A stretch of DNA of 64,000 bases from the IMG/VR virus record IMGVR_UViG_2651869782_000025; one strand, written 5' to 3'. The notes beneath the pieces were generated by a model that worked only from the letters and a program-made list of their open reading frames with translations, made no database searches and was not told the DNA's origin. The stretch comes from a virus (lineage: Duplodnaviria > Heunggongvirae > Uroviricota > Caudoviricetes). A program made the position numbers and the translations under genes. Shown here in pieces: positions 45,805 through 56,265 of the stretch. Within the stretch, counting starts at the first letter, position 1. Each line of letters begins with the position of its first letter.

Positions 45805-46848
45805 GTGAAAGCCGTAATTACTCCCTTTGTACAAAAAGAGCTTGGCGTCGCCACATTCAAAGTGGATCAGGAAGTCAGAAAGCTGGTGGAGGCTGGCCGT
45901 AAATTTATTATGGAGCCGGTGCCGCGTGAGTTAATCGAGCACATGGACGACGGCCTCGTTGTTTCCGAGCAAACTATGGCAACAAATGAGGCGTTGCAGC
46001 CGTTTTTTAACAGCGATGAACTGTTTCGCCGTATTGGTGGAATTGACGCGCTGGTGGCGTGGTTGCGCAGGAAAGAGGGGCAATGCCAGGCCGCAGATCG
46101 GAGCTGGTGTGACAACCATATTGTCCACGCAGAACGAGACAATAGCGCGGTGTTGTTGTGCTGGCATCACGATAACCATTACCGGATGCGTGGTTTTAAT
46201 GAGCTGAAAGAAACGCTGCATAATAATCGCGTTAACTGGATACTGGATGTCGCCCGTCAGGAAATGGGGCTTTCAGATGGCCATGATTTAAGTATTCAGG
46301 AACTGTGCTGGTGGGCTTTCATGCGCGACATGATGCACCTGATGCCGGAAGAAGTCTGCCGTATATCAATAAATAAGATTAAGGCTGCAACGCAGGGTAG
46401 CGGACCTCTGAAAGAGGCGGATATTCGCCCGTATGACGATCGCGCTACAGCATATGTTCAGATGATGGAAGAACGCGCCGCGCCGATGCGTGCAAAAGTA
46501 TGCTCTGTGGATGTTGACTCCGATCCTGGCATGGCGCATTTCAAAATACCAAAACTGCAATCGCTAAAATTACCTGAGTACATGGACTTTGTAGCTTCCC
46601 GTCCATGCTGTGGGTGTGGCGCTGCGGGAGCTGGCGCTCACATTACGCCTTATATTGTTCGTCATAGTCGATTATGCGCGCATGACATTTATGCGATTCC
46701 TCTGTGCCAGTCATGCCAGCGTGACATTGAACGTGACCGTGATAGTTGGGAAAGGACGCACGGCAGGCTGGCGATGCATCAACGATTGTTCTTTGATTAC
46801 GCGCTTGGAGTCGGCGCTATCACAAGTTATTCGTCGAGCGTTAGATAA
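45805..46848 (+). CDS. Hypothetical protein with C-terminal Cys-rich region (PdcB-like)
   Basis: 347 aa; cysteine cluster CCGCG...CAHD...CQSCQRD. Confidence 0.5.
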   Translation: MKAVITPFVQKELGVATFKVDQEVRKLVEAGRKFIMEPVPRELIEHMDDGLVVSEQTMATNEALQPFFNSDELFRRIGGIDALVAWLRRKEGQCQAADRSWCDNHIVHAERDNSAVLLCWHHDNHYRMRGFNELKETLHNNRVNWILDVARQEMGLSDGHDLSIQELCWWAFMRDMMHLMPEEVCRISINKIKAATQGSGPLKEADIRPYDDRATAYVQMMEERAAPMRAKVCSVDVDSDPGMAHFKIPKLQSLKLPEYMDFVASRPCCGCGAAGAGAHITPYIVRHSRLCAHDIYAIPLCQSCQRDIERDRDSWERTHGRLAMHQRLFFDYALGVGAITSYSSSVR

Positions 46849-46859
46849 AATTGCTCTAA

Positions 46860-46876
46860 TGTATTGCTATTTCTTT
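46860..46876 (+). promoter_or_regulatory. C1 operator-like site upstream of lpa
   Basis: ATTGCTCTAATGTATTG followed by a second degenerate copy; lpa is C1-controlled in P1. Confidence 0.45.
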
Positions 46877-46936
46877 AATCGAGGGTATTATATTCCACGT
46901 TGATTAGTTGACATGGGCTAATCAGTAGGTGACAGG

Positions 46937-47389
46937 ATGTTACTTAACTGGCAGGGACGCCACTTCATGGAAATAAATCACTCACGAATAACATCGTATG
47001 AGATTGCGGATTACATGATCCGCACTAAATCTCTTCTATCAGCGAAAGAACTCGCAGCAATCCTTGAAAAGGAATACCCGCATCTGGATATCGATAAGCG
47101 CGACGTTTATCTGCGCTTAAAGGCTATCGCTGTGTCTAAATATTCGTCTGTTTTGATTGATGACAGTACACGCCCACGTAGATTTCAGATCCACTCACTG
47201 AATCCTGAATTCTTTCGCCGCAGCCGCGCGCCGCGCCGGTTTGATGAAAAACTCCAGAATGAACTCTATCTGACGCAGGACGAAAAAGAACGTCGGGAAC
47301 ACCAGCCTTGGGTAATGGCGCGGCAACTTTTCAATAAGGTGGTCCGTCAACACCGCCATTGCGGCAATGCCGCCTGCGCACGTATCTGA
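46937..47389 (+). CDS. lpa: Lpa late promoter activator
   Basis: 150-aa ORF with C-terminal Cys/His (HRHCGNAACAR), immediately upstream of pacA. Confidence 0.6.
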   Translation: MLLNWQGRHFMEINHSRITSYEIADYMIRTKSLLSAKELAAILEKEYPHLDIDKRDVYLRLKAIAVSKYSSVLIDDSTRPRRFQIHSLNPEFFRRSRAPRRFDEKLQNELYLTQDEKERREHQPWVMARQLFNKVVRQHRHCGNAACARI

Positions 47390-47470
47390 TTGCTTGCCCG
47401 TTCCGGGCCTTTTGACATGTGACTTTCGTTACCCTCGCGTCAAAAAGAGTTTTTACGAAAGGAAGCATAA

Positions 47471-48664
47471 GTGACCTGGGACGATCACAAGAAGAATTTT
47501 GCTCGCCTGGCGCGAGATGGTGGTTACACCATCGCACAGTATGCCGCCGAGTTTAATCTTAACCCTAATACCGCACGTCGTTATCTCCGTGCCTTCAAAG
47601 AAGACACCAGGACAGCGGACAGCCGCAAGCCAAATAAGCCAGTCAGAAAGCCACTAAAAAGCATGATCATTGATCACGCAAATGATCAACATGCAGGTGA
47701 TCATATTGCGGATAAAGTAGCTGAAAAACAAAGAGTTAATGCTGTTGTTAGTGCCGCTGTCGAGAACGCGAAGCGCCAAAATAAGCGCATAAAAGATCGT
47801 TCAGATGATCATGACGTGATCACCCGTGCCCACCGGACCTTACGTGATCGCCTGGAACGTGACACCCTGGATGATGATGGTGAACGCTTTGAATTCGAAG
47901 CTGGCGATTACCTGATAGATAACGTTGAAGCGCGGAAGGCCGCGCGCGCTATGTTGCGTCGTTCTGGAGCTGATGTTCTGGAAACCACCCTTCTGGAAAA
48001 GTCTCTTTCTCATCTCCTTATGCTGGAGAACGCCAGGGATACGTGTATTCGTCTGGTGCAGGAAATGCGCGAGCAGAAAAAAGACGATGATGAAGGTACT
48101 CCGCCTGAATACCGTATCGCGAGCATGCTAAACAGCTGTTCTGCGCAGATTAGCAGTCTGATCAACACTATTTACAGCATCCGGAATAACTATCGAAAAG
48201 AAAGTCGGGAGGCGGAAAAGCACGCTTTATCTATGGGGCAGGCTGGCATTGTTAAGCTGGCATACGAACGAAAGCGTGAAAACAGCTGGTCAGTGCTGGA
48301 GGCAGCAGAATTCATCGAGGCGCATGGTGGGAAAGTACCTCCCTTGATGCTGGAGCAAATCAAAGCTGATCTGCGTGCTCCTAAGACCAATACCGATGAT
48401 GAGGAAAGGCAAACTGCCGTTGGTGGCCCTTCTCTTGAAGATCTGGATAAAGTTGCGCGAGAACGGGCCGCTAACCGCCGCGCAGATGCCGCATTATGGA
48501 TTGAGCAGCGCAGGGAAGAAATCGCCGATATCGTTGATACAGGCGGTTATGGAGATGTTGATGCTGAAGGTGTATCAAACGACCCATGGCTGGAACAAGA
48601 CCTGGATGAGGACGAGGAGGAAGACGAAGAAGTTACCCGCAAGCTATACGGGGATGATGATTAA
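47471..48664 (+). CDS. pacA: PacA terminase small subunit
   Basis: 397 aa (P1 PacA is 397 aa); the pac GATC hexamer cluster lies in its 5' part; acidic C-terminus. Confidence 0.85.
   Translation: MTWDDHKKNFARLARDGGYTIAQYAAEFNLNPNTARRYLRAFKEDTRTADSRKPNKPVRKPLKSMIIDHANDQHAGDHIADKVAEKQRVNAVVSAAVENAKRQNKRIKDRSDDHDVITRAHRTLRDRLERDTLDDDGERFEFEAGDYLIDNVEARKAARAMLRRSGADVLETTLLEKSLSHLLMLENARDTCIRLVQEMREQKKDDDEGTPPEYRIASMLNSCSAQISSLINTIYSIRNNYRKESREAEKHALSMGQAGIVKLAYERKRENSWSVLEAAEFIEAHGGKVPPLMLEQIKADLRAPKTNTDDEERQTAVGGPSLEDLDKVARERAANRRADAALWIEQRREEIADIVDTGGYGDVDAEGVSNDPWLEQDLDEDEEEDEEVTRKLYGDDD
47664..47823. other. pac: pac packaging site: two clusters of TGATCA/G hexamers (Dam sites)
   Basis: TGATCA(T/C/A) repeats at 47664, 47671, 47683, 47698 and GATC motifs at about 47793, 47806, 47817, separated by an AT-rich spacer. 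Confidence 0.8.
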
Positions 48665-50148
48665 TGGCCAGAAGTTGCGTAACAGACCCTCGTTGGCGCG
48701 AGCTGGTGGCGCTATATCGTTATGACTGGATTGCGGCCGCTGATGTTTTGTTCGGGAAAACACCTACCTGGCAGCAGGATCTGATTATTGAGTCCGTGCA
48801 GGAACAGGGTAGCAAGACATCTGTTTCGTCAGGCCACGGTACCGGGAAATCGGATATGACCTCTATCATGATCATGCTGTTTATAATCATGTATCCCGGT
48901 GCCCGCGCCATTATCGTTGCGAACAAAATTCAGCAGGTAATGACAGGTATATTCAAGTACATCAAGATAAACTGGGCTACGGCCACCAGCCGTTTTCCAT
49001 GGCTTGCTGATTATTTTGTTCTGACAGAAACCGCTTTCTACGAGGTTACTGGTAAAGGGGTGTGGACTGTAGTACCGAAGGGCTTTCGTCTGGGAAGTGA
49101 AGAAGCTCTCGCAGGTGAACACGCAGATCATCTTCTGTATATTATCGATGAAGCCTCCGGTGTCAGTGATAGGGCTTTCGGTATCATCACCGGTGCTCTT
49201 ACCGGACAGGATAACCGCATCTTATTACTGTCACAGCCTACACGCCCAAGCGGCTATTTCTACGATACACACCATAAACTGGCCAAGCGTCCTGGTAACC
49301 CTGATGGCGTTTATACGGCGATCACGCTTAACAGTGAGGAATCACCGCTGGTAACGCCAGCATTTATCAAAATGAAGCTGGCGGAGTACGGCGGGCGTGA
49401 TAACCCTATGTACATGATTAAGGTACGCGGCCTGTTTCCTAAATCACAGGATGGCTTCCTTCTTGGACGTGATGAGGTTGAACGTGCAACGCGGCGGAAA
49501 GTCAAGATTGCCAAAGGATGGGGCTGGCTTGCATGTGTGGACGTTGCTGGTGGTACGGGACGGGATAAGTCCGTTATCAATATCATGATGGTGTCCGGCC
49601 AGCGAAATAAACGCCGTGTAATCAACTATCGAATGCTGGAATACACAGACGTTACAGAAACGCAGCTTGCCGCCAAAATTTTCGCAGAATGCAATCCTGA
49701 GCGATTCCCAAATATCACCATAGCGATAGACGGCGATGGCCTGGGTAAAGCAACGGCGGATCTGATGTACGAGTATTATGGTATTACCGTACAGCGTATA
49801 CGCTGGGGTAAAAAGATGCATAGCCGTGAAGATAAGAGCCTGTACTTTGATAAACGTGCTTATGCCAACGTTCAAGCCGCAGAGGCCGTAAAATCTGGTC
49901 GTATGAGACTGGATAAGGGTAATGAAACTATTGAGGAAGCGTCGAAAATCCCTGTAGGGATTAACTCCGCAGGTCAATGGAAAGTGATGAGTAAGGAGGA
50001 TATGAAGAAAAAACTCAACCTGCACTCACCAGACCATTGGGATACATATTGTTTCGCTATGCTGGCGGATTATGTTCCTCAGGATGAAGTGCTTAGCGTC
50101 GAAGACGAAGCGCAGGTTGATGAAGCTCTGGCATGGCTTAATGAATGA
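48664..50148 (+). CDS. pacB: PacB terminase large subunit
   Basis: 494 aa (P1 PacB is 494 aa); Walker A-like GHGTGKS; start overlaps the pacA stop. Confidence 0.85.
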   Translation: MARSCVTDPRWRELVALYRYDWIAAADVLFGKTPTWQQDLIIESVQEQGSKTSVSSGHGTGKSDMTSIMIMLFIIMYPGARAIIVANKIQQVMTGIFKYIKINWATATSRFPWLADYFVLTETAFYEVTGKGVWTVVPKGFRLGSEEALAGEHADHLLYIIDEASGVSDRAFGIITGALTGQDNRILLLSQPTRPSGYFYDTHHKLAKRPGNPDGVYTAITLNSEESPLVTPAFIKMKLAEYGGRDNPMYMIKVRGLFPKSQDGFLLGRDEVERATRRKVKIAKGWGWLACVDVAGGTGRDKSVINIMMVSGQRNKRRVINYRMLEYTDVTETQLAAKIFAECNPERFPNITIAIDGDGLGKATADLMYEYYGITVQRIRWGKKMHSREDKSLYFDKRAYANVQAAEAVKSGRMRLDKGNETIEEASKIPVGINSAGQWKVMSKEDMKKKLNLHSPDHWDTYCFAMLADYVPQDEVLSVEDEAQVDEALAWLNE

Positions 50149-50151
50149 ATA

Positions 50152-50168
50152 TTTGCTCTAATAAATTG
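50152..50168 (+). promoter_or_regulatory. C1 operator-like 17-mer upstream of the second immI-like module
   Basis: TTTGCTCTAATAAATTG. Confidence 0.5.
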
Positions 50169-50329
50169 TGTTTTTTAACTGCCGATGTTACATTGAGCCT
50201 GACCTCTTGCGCCTTGAGGCATTTTCGGTTTATGCTTATCAGGCACCTCATTAAAACGGGTGCCGGGATTGGAACCCCGGATAATGCAAAAGGCGACACA
50301 GACGCCAAAAGCGTCTTTTTTTGTGTCAT

Positions 50330-50500
50330 GCCATCGCACAGCCATACGTAGCACATAGCTCCGAGATCAATGGTAGTGCTGGCTGGGCTGCCGAAAGGCA
50401 GGCCGGTTCCCTTTTGCGCCGGTAGTTCCAACCCAGTCAGTGCTACCGCCATTGAGATTGGAACCTCACGCGGTAGCTCCTTAAGTTAGCAAAAGGAGGC
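50330..50500 (+). ncRNA. Possible c4-like structured RNA of the second immunity module
   Basis: Non-coding stretch with internal complementarity (GGTTCCAA/TTGGAACC; GTAGTGCTGG/CAGTGCTAC) upstream of the icd paralog; sequence differs from the first c4 region. Confidence 0.3.
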
Positions 50501-50507
50501 TGCCATT

Positions 50508-50729
50508 ATGGCTACTATCCCTACCCCAACTCACCCTGAATTTATCTGGCGCTTTTATTCCTGCCAGAAACGTCACTATCACTTCGTTATTGCACCGACA
50601 GAAGATGAGGCTCGCTCTCAGCTTCCTGATGCACCCTGCATTTTCTCCGCCCGTTTTTCTACTGATTCGCGCAATTCTCTCAGTTACTGGTGCCTCCCTG
50701 TTAACGCTTCTGCTCGGGAGGGGCTATGA
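50508..50729 (+). CDS. icd: Icd paralog, 73 aa
   Basis: Clearly paralogous to ORF 1584-1805 (shared PEFIWRFYSC...HYHFVIA...TEDEARSQLPD...CIF...ARFSTDSRNSLSYW); ATGA overlap with the downstream gene. Confidence 0.65.
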   Translation: MATIPTPTHPEFIWRFYSCQKRHYHFVIAPTEDEARSQLPDAPCIFSARFSTDSRNSLSYWCLPVNASAREGL

Positions 50730-51838
50730 GAACATCGTTAGTTACCCGTGAAGAGATGATCGAGGCAATTGAACAGCACACTGCCTGTATCAGCACCAGG
50801 GATATACCGGGCGTTATTGCCAACTACTTCATGATCACCAAGCAACTTTACCGGAGAAAGGACAAGAACGCTGTTCACCGTATCCTGCTGTCTGATATCC
50901 GCGAATACCTGCTCGAACAGGGTCATCTGAATTACGCAACCGTAGCAGCTGAAACACGCAAGGAGGCACACAGAATGAAAGCAACTAACGTTAAATCAGA
51001 AAAAATTCATGCACCTTCAGTTCAGGAATCGGAGCTGGTGGTTGCTCAAAATCAGCCTGATGAAATTCCCGTTCTGGAGTGGCAGGGAGTACGTGTCGTG
51101 ACAACCGAAACTCTTGCTAGAGGGTATGGGGTCGATGAAGCCAATATTCGCAACAATTTGTCTCGCAACCTTGACCGCTTTGAAGAAGGTAAGCATTACT
51201 TTCTTCTAACTGGTTTAAAATTAAGAGAATTTAAGAACAGAGTAACCGGAAGTTACTCTGTTGGTAAGAACGCCAGAAGCCTTACACTCTGGACAGAGCG
51301 CGGCGCTGCACGCATGTCTAAGATCGTGGACACAAATGAAGCATGGGCATTCTTTGAAAAACTGGAAGACAGCTACTTCCGGCAAAAAGAACAGCAACCG
51401 GTTGCAATCCCCCAAACATTACCAGAAGCCCTACGCCTGGCTGCCGAACTGGCTGAACAAAAGCAGCTTCTGGAACAGAAAGCCCACCAGCTAAATCAGC
51501 AGCTGGTGGCCGCCGCTCCTAAGGTCGATTTTGCCGACCGGGTATCAGTGGCCAAGGGGATCCTGATTGGGAATTTTGCAAAGGTTGTTGGACTTAAGCA
51601 AAACGCGCTGTTTGCCTGGTTACGGGAGAACGGCATCCTGATAGCGTCCGGTGGACGTAAAAATGTGCCGTTCCAGCAGTACATCAACGCGGGGTATTTC
51701 ACGGTGAAAGAAGTGGTGCTGGATGATGAAGATGGCTACCAGATACGGTTGACGCCTCAATTAACGGGGAAAGGCCAGCAGTGGTTGACGCGTAAACTGC
51801 TCGATGCTGGCTTGTTAAAACCGGTGGCGGCTGAATAA
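50726..51838 (+). CDS. Ant-like antirepressor paralog with a different central domain and shared KilAC C-terminus
   Basis: 370 aa; N-terminal 90 aa and C-terminal 150 aa parallel Ant1, the middle (VLEWQGVRVVTTETLARGYGVDEANIRNNLSRN...) is unrelated. Confidence 0.65.
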   Translation: MRTSLVTREEMIEAIEQHTACISTRDIPGVIANYFMITKQLYRRKDKNAVHRILLSDIREYLLEQGHLNYATVAAETRKEAHRMKATNVKSEKIHAPSVQESELVVAQNQPDEIPVLEWQGVRVVTTETLARGYGVDEANIRNNLSRNLDRFEEGKHYFLLTGLKLREFKNRVTGSYSVGKNARSLTLWTERGAARMSKIVDTNEAWAFFEKLEDSYFRQKEQQPVAIPQTLPEALRLAAELAEQKQLLEQKAHQLNQQLVAAAPKVDFADRVSVAKGILIGNFAKVVGLKQNALFAWLRENGILIASGGRKNVPFQQYINAGYFTVKEVVLDDEDGYQIRLTPQLTGKGQQWLTRKLLDAGLLKPVAAE

Positions 51839-51870
51839 TGGAAGAATGCCCGGTTGATGCCGGGCATAAT

Positions 51871-52722
51871 TTATTGTGCGCTTTCGGGGTTGTCGTTTAC
51901 TGGCTGCCCCTTCTTAGTTTTACGGCTGCGCGTAACTGATGCGGCTGATTTGACCTTTTTCTCTTCGCGAGTGATGGCAATTTGTTTTTTTACATTTTCA
52001 ATATCTGCCAGGCGATATATTTTTGCCTGCGGCCAGCGGTCGCAGATGATCGGTTCTATAGAGTCATAAAGGCTAAATTTTGCTTTCTCGAATTCACCGT
52101 TGATGATAATTCCATCACGGAGAGTTTCATCGCAGATAAACACACCACACAGCGGCACATGGTAACTAACTGATTTACCATCATTGTAGTTAGGGCTACT
52201 GGAAATGTAATGGACGCGCAGCATTGTTTCGCTAAAGCCGTGTACACGCATACGGAATTTTTCATCCTCCGGGTACTGCTTCATTAGCTCTTTTGTTGCT
52301 TCCAGGTTCTCTATGTATTTCGCACTGTGCTCATTGATCCCCGCGCTTTTCTGGATGCGAATGTCCTTATCAATCAGATGAATAATGCGGCCAGCGGTCA
52401 TGTTGACGCTGTTCACAGCTTCTGTCTGATAAGTTGTAACCTTACGCACACCGCGAAGGATGTTAGGCACTGGATATAAAATAGTCTTTGGGATATTGAG
52501 GTCTGGGTACTGTTCCAGTTCCCGCGCCATTAAAGTCCATTTATCAATTTCAGCCTGAATGCTGTCAGTTTCTTTGAACGGTAGAACGACAACCGGGCGT
52601 ACAGGACGACCGTCGCTGGCTGTATCAACGTGTTGGGCGCGTGCAACAGCTTTTTTTAGAAAGAGATCCCTGAAGCTGACGAACTCCTGGTACAGTTGTT
52701 CGCCGTAGACATAATTTATCAT
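51871..52722 (-). CDS. c1: C1 repressor of lysis
   Basis: 283-aa ORF (P1 C1 is 283 aa), downstream of coi on the same strand, surrounded by operator 17-mers. Confidence 0.8.
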   Translation of the reverse strand: MINYVYGEQLYQEFVSFRDLFLKKAVARAQHVDTASDGRPVRPVVVLPFKETDSIQAEIDKWTLMARELEQYPDLNIPKTILYPVPNILRGVRKVTTYQTEAVNSVNMTAGRIIHLIDKDIRIQKSAGINEHSAKYIENLEATKELMKQYPEDEKFRMRVHGFSETMLRVHYISSSPNYNDGKSVSYHVPLCGVFICDETLRDGIIINGEFEKAKFSLYDSIEPIICDRWPQAKIYRLADIENVKKQIAITREEKKVKSAASVTRSRKTKKGQPVNDNPESAQ

Positions 52723-52832
52723 TGATCCTCCTCCAGAATTGACATGGTCAATAACGCCCGGCTGAGAAAACCGGTCATTACTGACCTATATTATAGAGGG
52801 ATCAAACAAAAATAATAGATTTATTAGTGCAT

Positions 52833-53042
52833 TTATTGTGAGTCTAACTGGTTAGTTGCCATGAGATATTCGATTGTGTCAGTGAGGTCATCCAGGTCGT
52901 CTTGGGTGATGCGGTACTCCTGATTGGATATCTTTGAGTAGTGTTCAGCAATGGCGCGGGCAGCGTCGGTTTCGGCAGGGTCTACAGATAAAGCGTTAGA
53001 GCAATGTCTAACGTCGTCGATAGTTGGTTGAATGAAAGCCAT
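52833..53042 (-). CDS. coi: Coi (C1 inactivator)
   Basis: 69-aa ORF (P1 Coi is 69 aa) directly upstream of c1. Confidence 0.7.
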   Translation of the reverse strand: MAFIQPTIDDVRHCSNALSVDPAETDAARAIAEHYSKISNQEYRITQDDLDDLTDTIEYLMATNQLDSQ

Positions 53043-53280
53043 AATTATGCCTCACTGTATTGACAACACAGAGCCTGAAGCTCTGACCTACTGTTTCACC
53101 CATGATCCATGCTGGGGTAATCTAACAACATTGCGCTGTGTGTAAGATGAGCAATGCATAGCTGTAATGCCGTTGTATAAGGTTTCCCTGTTTGCTCATT
53201 TCCTTCTGAGCCGCTCTACAACGCTGAAGACACATTAAATAGTGAATCCAAAGTCGTATTACGTAACGGCGGCAAAACTA

Positions 53281-53297
53281 TAATTTATTAGAGCAAT
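53281..53297 (-). promoter_or_regulatory. C1 operator (Op99-like) upstream of coi-c1
   Basis: Reverse complement ATTGCTCTAATAAATTA, one mismatch. Confidence 0.6.
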
Positions 53298-53363
53298 TGT
53301 CAAACAACTATGAAAAACAATCCAGTTTTTAGCTGGTGGAGTGGGATTTCTCTCTCAAAATTT

Positions 53364-53380
53364 ATTGCTCTAATAATTCT
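53364..53380 (+). promoter_or_regulatory. C1 operator-like 17-mer
   Basis: ATTGCTCTAATAATTCT, divergent from the site at 53281. Confidence 0.5.
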
Positions 53381-53423
53381 TGATTTTTTTGCGCAGCTGG
53401 ACGTAAACTCCTCTTCGGACCTT

Positions 53424-53457
53424 ATAACTTCGTATAGCATACATTATACGAAGTTAT
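53424..53457. other. loxP: loxP site (Cre recombination target)
   Basis: Exact canonical 34 bp: ATAACTTCGTATA-GCATACAT-TATACGAAGTTAT. Confidence 0.98.
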
Positions 53458-53645
53458 CTTAAGGTTATTGAACATGATCAATTTACCTGTAAATCCATAC
53501 AGTTCAATACCTTATCAGGTCAAATAGTGATCACTTGATCATTTGATCAAGGTTGCGCTACGTAAAATCTGCGAAATGTTGGCAGTGTTAGTGCTCCAGA
53601 TTTCGCGTAGCGCACTTAGCACCACCAATCAATCAGAGGTGAAAA

Positions 53646-53867
53646 ATGGGATATTCAGCTGCTAAAGTGTCCACTCATCTTGAGCTTGAGAAAAACCGTG
53701 GTTACTGGCGGGCAAAAGGGTTTGATCGTGATAGTTGCCAACTGTCATTATCGCGCGGTGAAGAAAAGATAGAACGCACGCGCGATCGCTGGCGTTTCTA
53801 TGACGAGAACCATAAACAGGTAAAGGCAGAGCCGATCCTGTACACTTTACTTAAAACCATTATCTGA
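53646..53867 (+). CDS. Small ORF between loxP and cre (uncertain)
   Basis: 73-aa ORF; the region also carries GATC clusters expected for Dam-regulated cre promoters, so it may be regulatory rather than coding. Confidence 0.3.
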   Translation: MGYSAAKVSTHLELEKNRGYWRAKGFDRDSCQLSLSRGEEKIERTRDRWRFYDENHKQVKAEPILYTLLKTII

Positions 53868-53874
53868 GTGTTAA

Positions 53875-54906
53875 ATGTCCAATTTACTGACCGTACACCA
53901 AAATTTGCCTGCATTACCGGTCGATGCAACGAGTGATGAGGTTCGCAAGAATCTGATGGACATGTTCAGGGATCGCCAGGCGTTTTCTGAGCATACCTGG
54001 AAAATGCTTCTGTCCGTTTGCCGGTCGTGGGCGGCATGGTGCAAGTTGAATAACCGGAAGTGGTTTCCCGCAGAACCTGAAGATGTTCGCGATTATCTTC
54101 TATATCTTCAGGCGCGCGGTCTGGCAGTGAAAACTATCCAGCAACATTTGGGCCAGCTAAATATGCTTCATCGTCGGTCCGGGCTGCCACGACCAAGTGA
54201 CAGCAATGCTGTTTCACTGGTCATGCGGCGGATCCGAAAAGAAAACGTTGATGCCGGTGAACGTGCAAAACAGGCACTAGCGTTCGAACGCACTGATTTC
54301 GACCAGGTTCGTTCACTCATGGAAAATAGCGATCGCTGCCAGGATATACGTAATCTGGCATTTCTGGGGATTGCTTATAACACCCTGTTACGTATAGCCG
54401 AAATTGCCAGGATCAGGGTTAAAGATATCTCACGTACTGACGGTGGGAGAATGTTAATCCATATTGGCAGAACGAAAACGCTGGTTAGCACCGCAGGTGT
54501 AGAGAAGGCACTTAGCCTGGGGGTAACTAAACTGGTCGACCGATGGATTTCCGTCTCTGGTGTGGCTGATGATCCTAATAACTACTTGTTTTGCCGGGTC
54601 AGAAAAAATGGTGTTGCCTCGCCATCATCCACCAGCCAGCTATCAACTCGCGCCCTGGAAGGGATTTTTGAAGCAACTCATCGATTGATTTACGGCGCTA
54701 AGGATGACTCTGGTCAGAGATACCTGGCCTGGTCTGGACACAGTGCCCGTGTCGGAGCCGCGCGAGATATGGCCCGCGCCGGAGTTTCAATACCGGAGAT
54801 CATGCAAGCTGGTGGCTGGACCAATGTAAATATTGTCATGAACTATATCCGTAACTTGGATAGTGAAACAGGGGCAATGGTGCGCCTGCTGGAAGATGGC
54901 GATTAG
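53875..54906 (+). CDS. cre: Cre tyrosine recombinase
   Basis: 343 aa; MSNLLTVHQNLPALPVDATSDEVRKNLMDMFRDRQAFSEHTWKMLLSVCRSWAAWCKLNNRKWFPAEPEDVRDYLLYLQARGLAVKTIQQHLGQLNMLHRRSGLPRPSDSNAVSLVMRRIRKENVDAGERAKQALAFERTDFDQVRSLMENSDRCQDIRNLAFLGIAYNTLLRIAEIARIRVKDISRTDGGRMLIHIGRTKTLVSTAGVEKALSLGVTKLVDRWISVSGVADDPNNYLFCRVRKNGVA is the Cre sequence as I recall it, apart from a few residues near position 260; ends ...LLEDGD. Confidence 0.97.
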   Translation: MSNLLTVHQNLPALPVDATSDEVRKNLMDMFRDRQAFSEHTWKMLLSVCRSWAAWCKLNNRKWFPAEPEDVRDYLLYLQARGLAVKTIQQHLGQLNMLHRRSGLPRPSDSNAVSLVMRRIRKENVDAGERAKQALAFERTDFDQVRSLMENSDRCQDIRNLAFLGIAYNTLLRIAEIARIRVKDISRTDGGRMLIHIGRTKTLVSTAGVEKALSLGVTKLVDRWISVSGVADDPNNYLFCRVRKNGVASPSSTSQLSTRALEGIFEATHRLIYGAKDDSGQRYLAWSGHSARVGAARDMARAGVSIPEIMQAGGWTNVNIVMNYIRNLDSETGAMVRLLEDGD

Positions 54907-54956
54907 CCATTAACGCGTAAATGATTGCTCTAATTCTTTGATGTTTATGGTGGCAT

Positions 54957-55268
54957 ATGAGAAAGGATTTCAACATCGACGGAAAATGTGTAGTGCTGTC
55001 TGTAAGCACTAATATTCAGTCGCCAGCCGTCATTGTCACTGTAAAGTTGAGCGATAGAATGCCTGATATTGACTCAATATCCGTTGCGTTCCCTGTCAAA
55101 AGTATGCGTAGTGCTGAACATTTCGTGATGAATGCCACCGAGGAAGAAGCACGGCGCGGTTTTGCCAAAGTGATGTCTGAGTTTGGCGAATTTTTGGGGC
55201 ACGTTGACAAAGCCCTCTCAATCAGTTCAGCAAGGTCCAAAGCATTAACAGCTTCCATGATGAAATAA
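54957..55268 (+). CDS. Hypothetical protein at the position of P1 cra
   Basis: 103-aa ORF between cre and ref, with a C1 operator-like site just upstream (54924-54940). Confidence 0.4.
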   Translation: MRKDFNIDGKCVVLSVSTNIQSPAVIVTVKLSDRMPDIDSISVAFPVKSMRSAEHFVMNATEEEARRGFAKVMSEFGEFLGHVDKALSISSARSKALTASMMK

Positions 55269-55400
55269 AAAAAAGCCTGGCAAGGAGCCAGGCTGCACAA
55301 AAGAGCGGGTTTGTATTCCGCATCCAATCAATCAAGAAGGAGTATAGCACACAGGCACTGAAGAGAAAAAATGTGATTATCGATAAATGAAATGCCTATA

Positions 55401-55417
55401 ATTGCTCTAATTTATTG
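55401..55417 (+). promoter_or_regulatory. C1 operator-like site(s) upstream of ref (Op2-like)
   Basis: ATTGCTCTAATTTATTG overlapping a second ATTGCTATAATTGAGCC. Confidence 0.55.
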
Positions 55418-55515
55418 CTATAATTGAGCCGCAGTTTTTGTCAACTACGAAGACGTGCCATTACTTAACTCCTTGACATCATAGGCGGCCATTAGGCCGC
55501 CTTTTTTTTGACCAT

Positions 55516-56076
55516 ATGAAAACAATCGAACAAAAAATTGAACAGTGCCGCAAGTGGCAGAAGGCAGCCAGAGAACGAGCGATCGCTCGGCAACGGGAAA
55601 AGTTGGCTGATCCGGTCTGGCGAGAATCTCAATATCAGAAAATGCGGGATACTATCGACCGCCGTATCGCTAAACAGAAAGAGCGCCCACCAGCCAGCAA
55701 AACGCGGAAAAGCGCGGTAAAAATAAAATCTCGTGGCTTGAAGGGGAGAACACCAACGGCGGAGGAACGGCGCATCGCCAATGCTCTTGGCGCTCTCCCC
55801 TGCATTGCCTGCTATATGCATGGAGTAATATCTAATGAGGTGTCTCTGCACCATATCGCCGGTCGTACCGCGCCGGGTTGTCATAAAAAGCAATTGCCAC
55901 TTTGTAGATGGCACCACCAGCATGCAGCACCGGCTGAAGTAAGAGCAAAATACCCCTGGCTGGTCCCTGTTCATGCCGATGGGGTGGTTGGAGGCAAGAA
56001 AGAATTCACCCTGCTGAACAAGTCAGAGATGGAGTTACTGGCTGACGCCTATGAGATGGCAAACATCATGCACTAA
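55516..56076 (+). CDS. ref: Ref (recombination enhancement function, HNH endonuclease)
   Basis: 186 aa; basic N-terminus and Cys/His HNH-like core (CIACYMHG...HHIAGR...CRWHHQH). Confidence 0.8.
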   Translation: MKTIEQKIEQCRKWQKAARERAIARQREKLADPVWRESQYQKMRDTIDRRIAKQKERPPASKTRKSAVKIKSRGLKGRTPTAEERRIANALGALPCIACYMHGVISNEVSLHHIAGRTAPGCHKKQLPLCRWHHQHAAPAEVRAKYPWLVPVHADGVVGGKKEFTLLNKSEMELLADAYEMANIMH

Positions 56077-56265
56077 TAAATATATTATTTTTAATGATAA
56101 ATGATTGACAGCTGACAAGTGACTTCAGTCAGAATCATCACACGCCCGGTACGGATGGATCCCTTTTCAAATATTCCATGGACGGCACAGTCTAAGTACC
56201 GGGCGCTACCTTCAGTTGTATTGCTAAGCCGCCGCTGGTGGCTTTTCTTTTTTGTAGGGGGCGCT

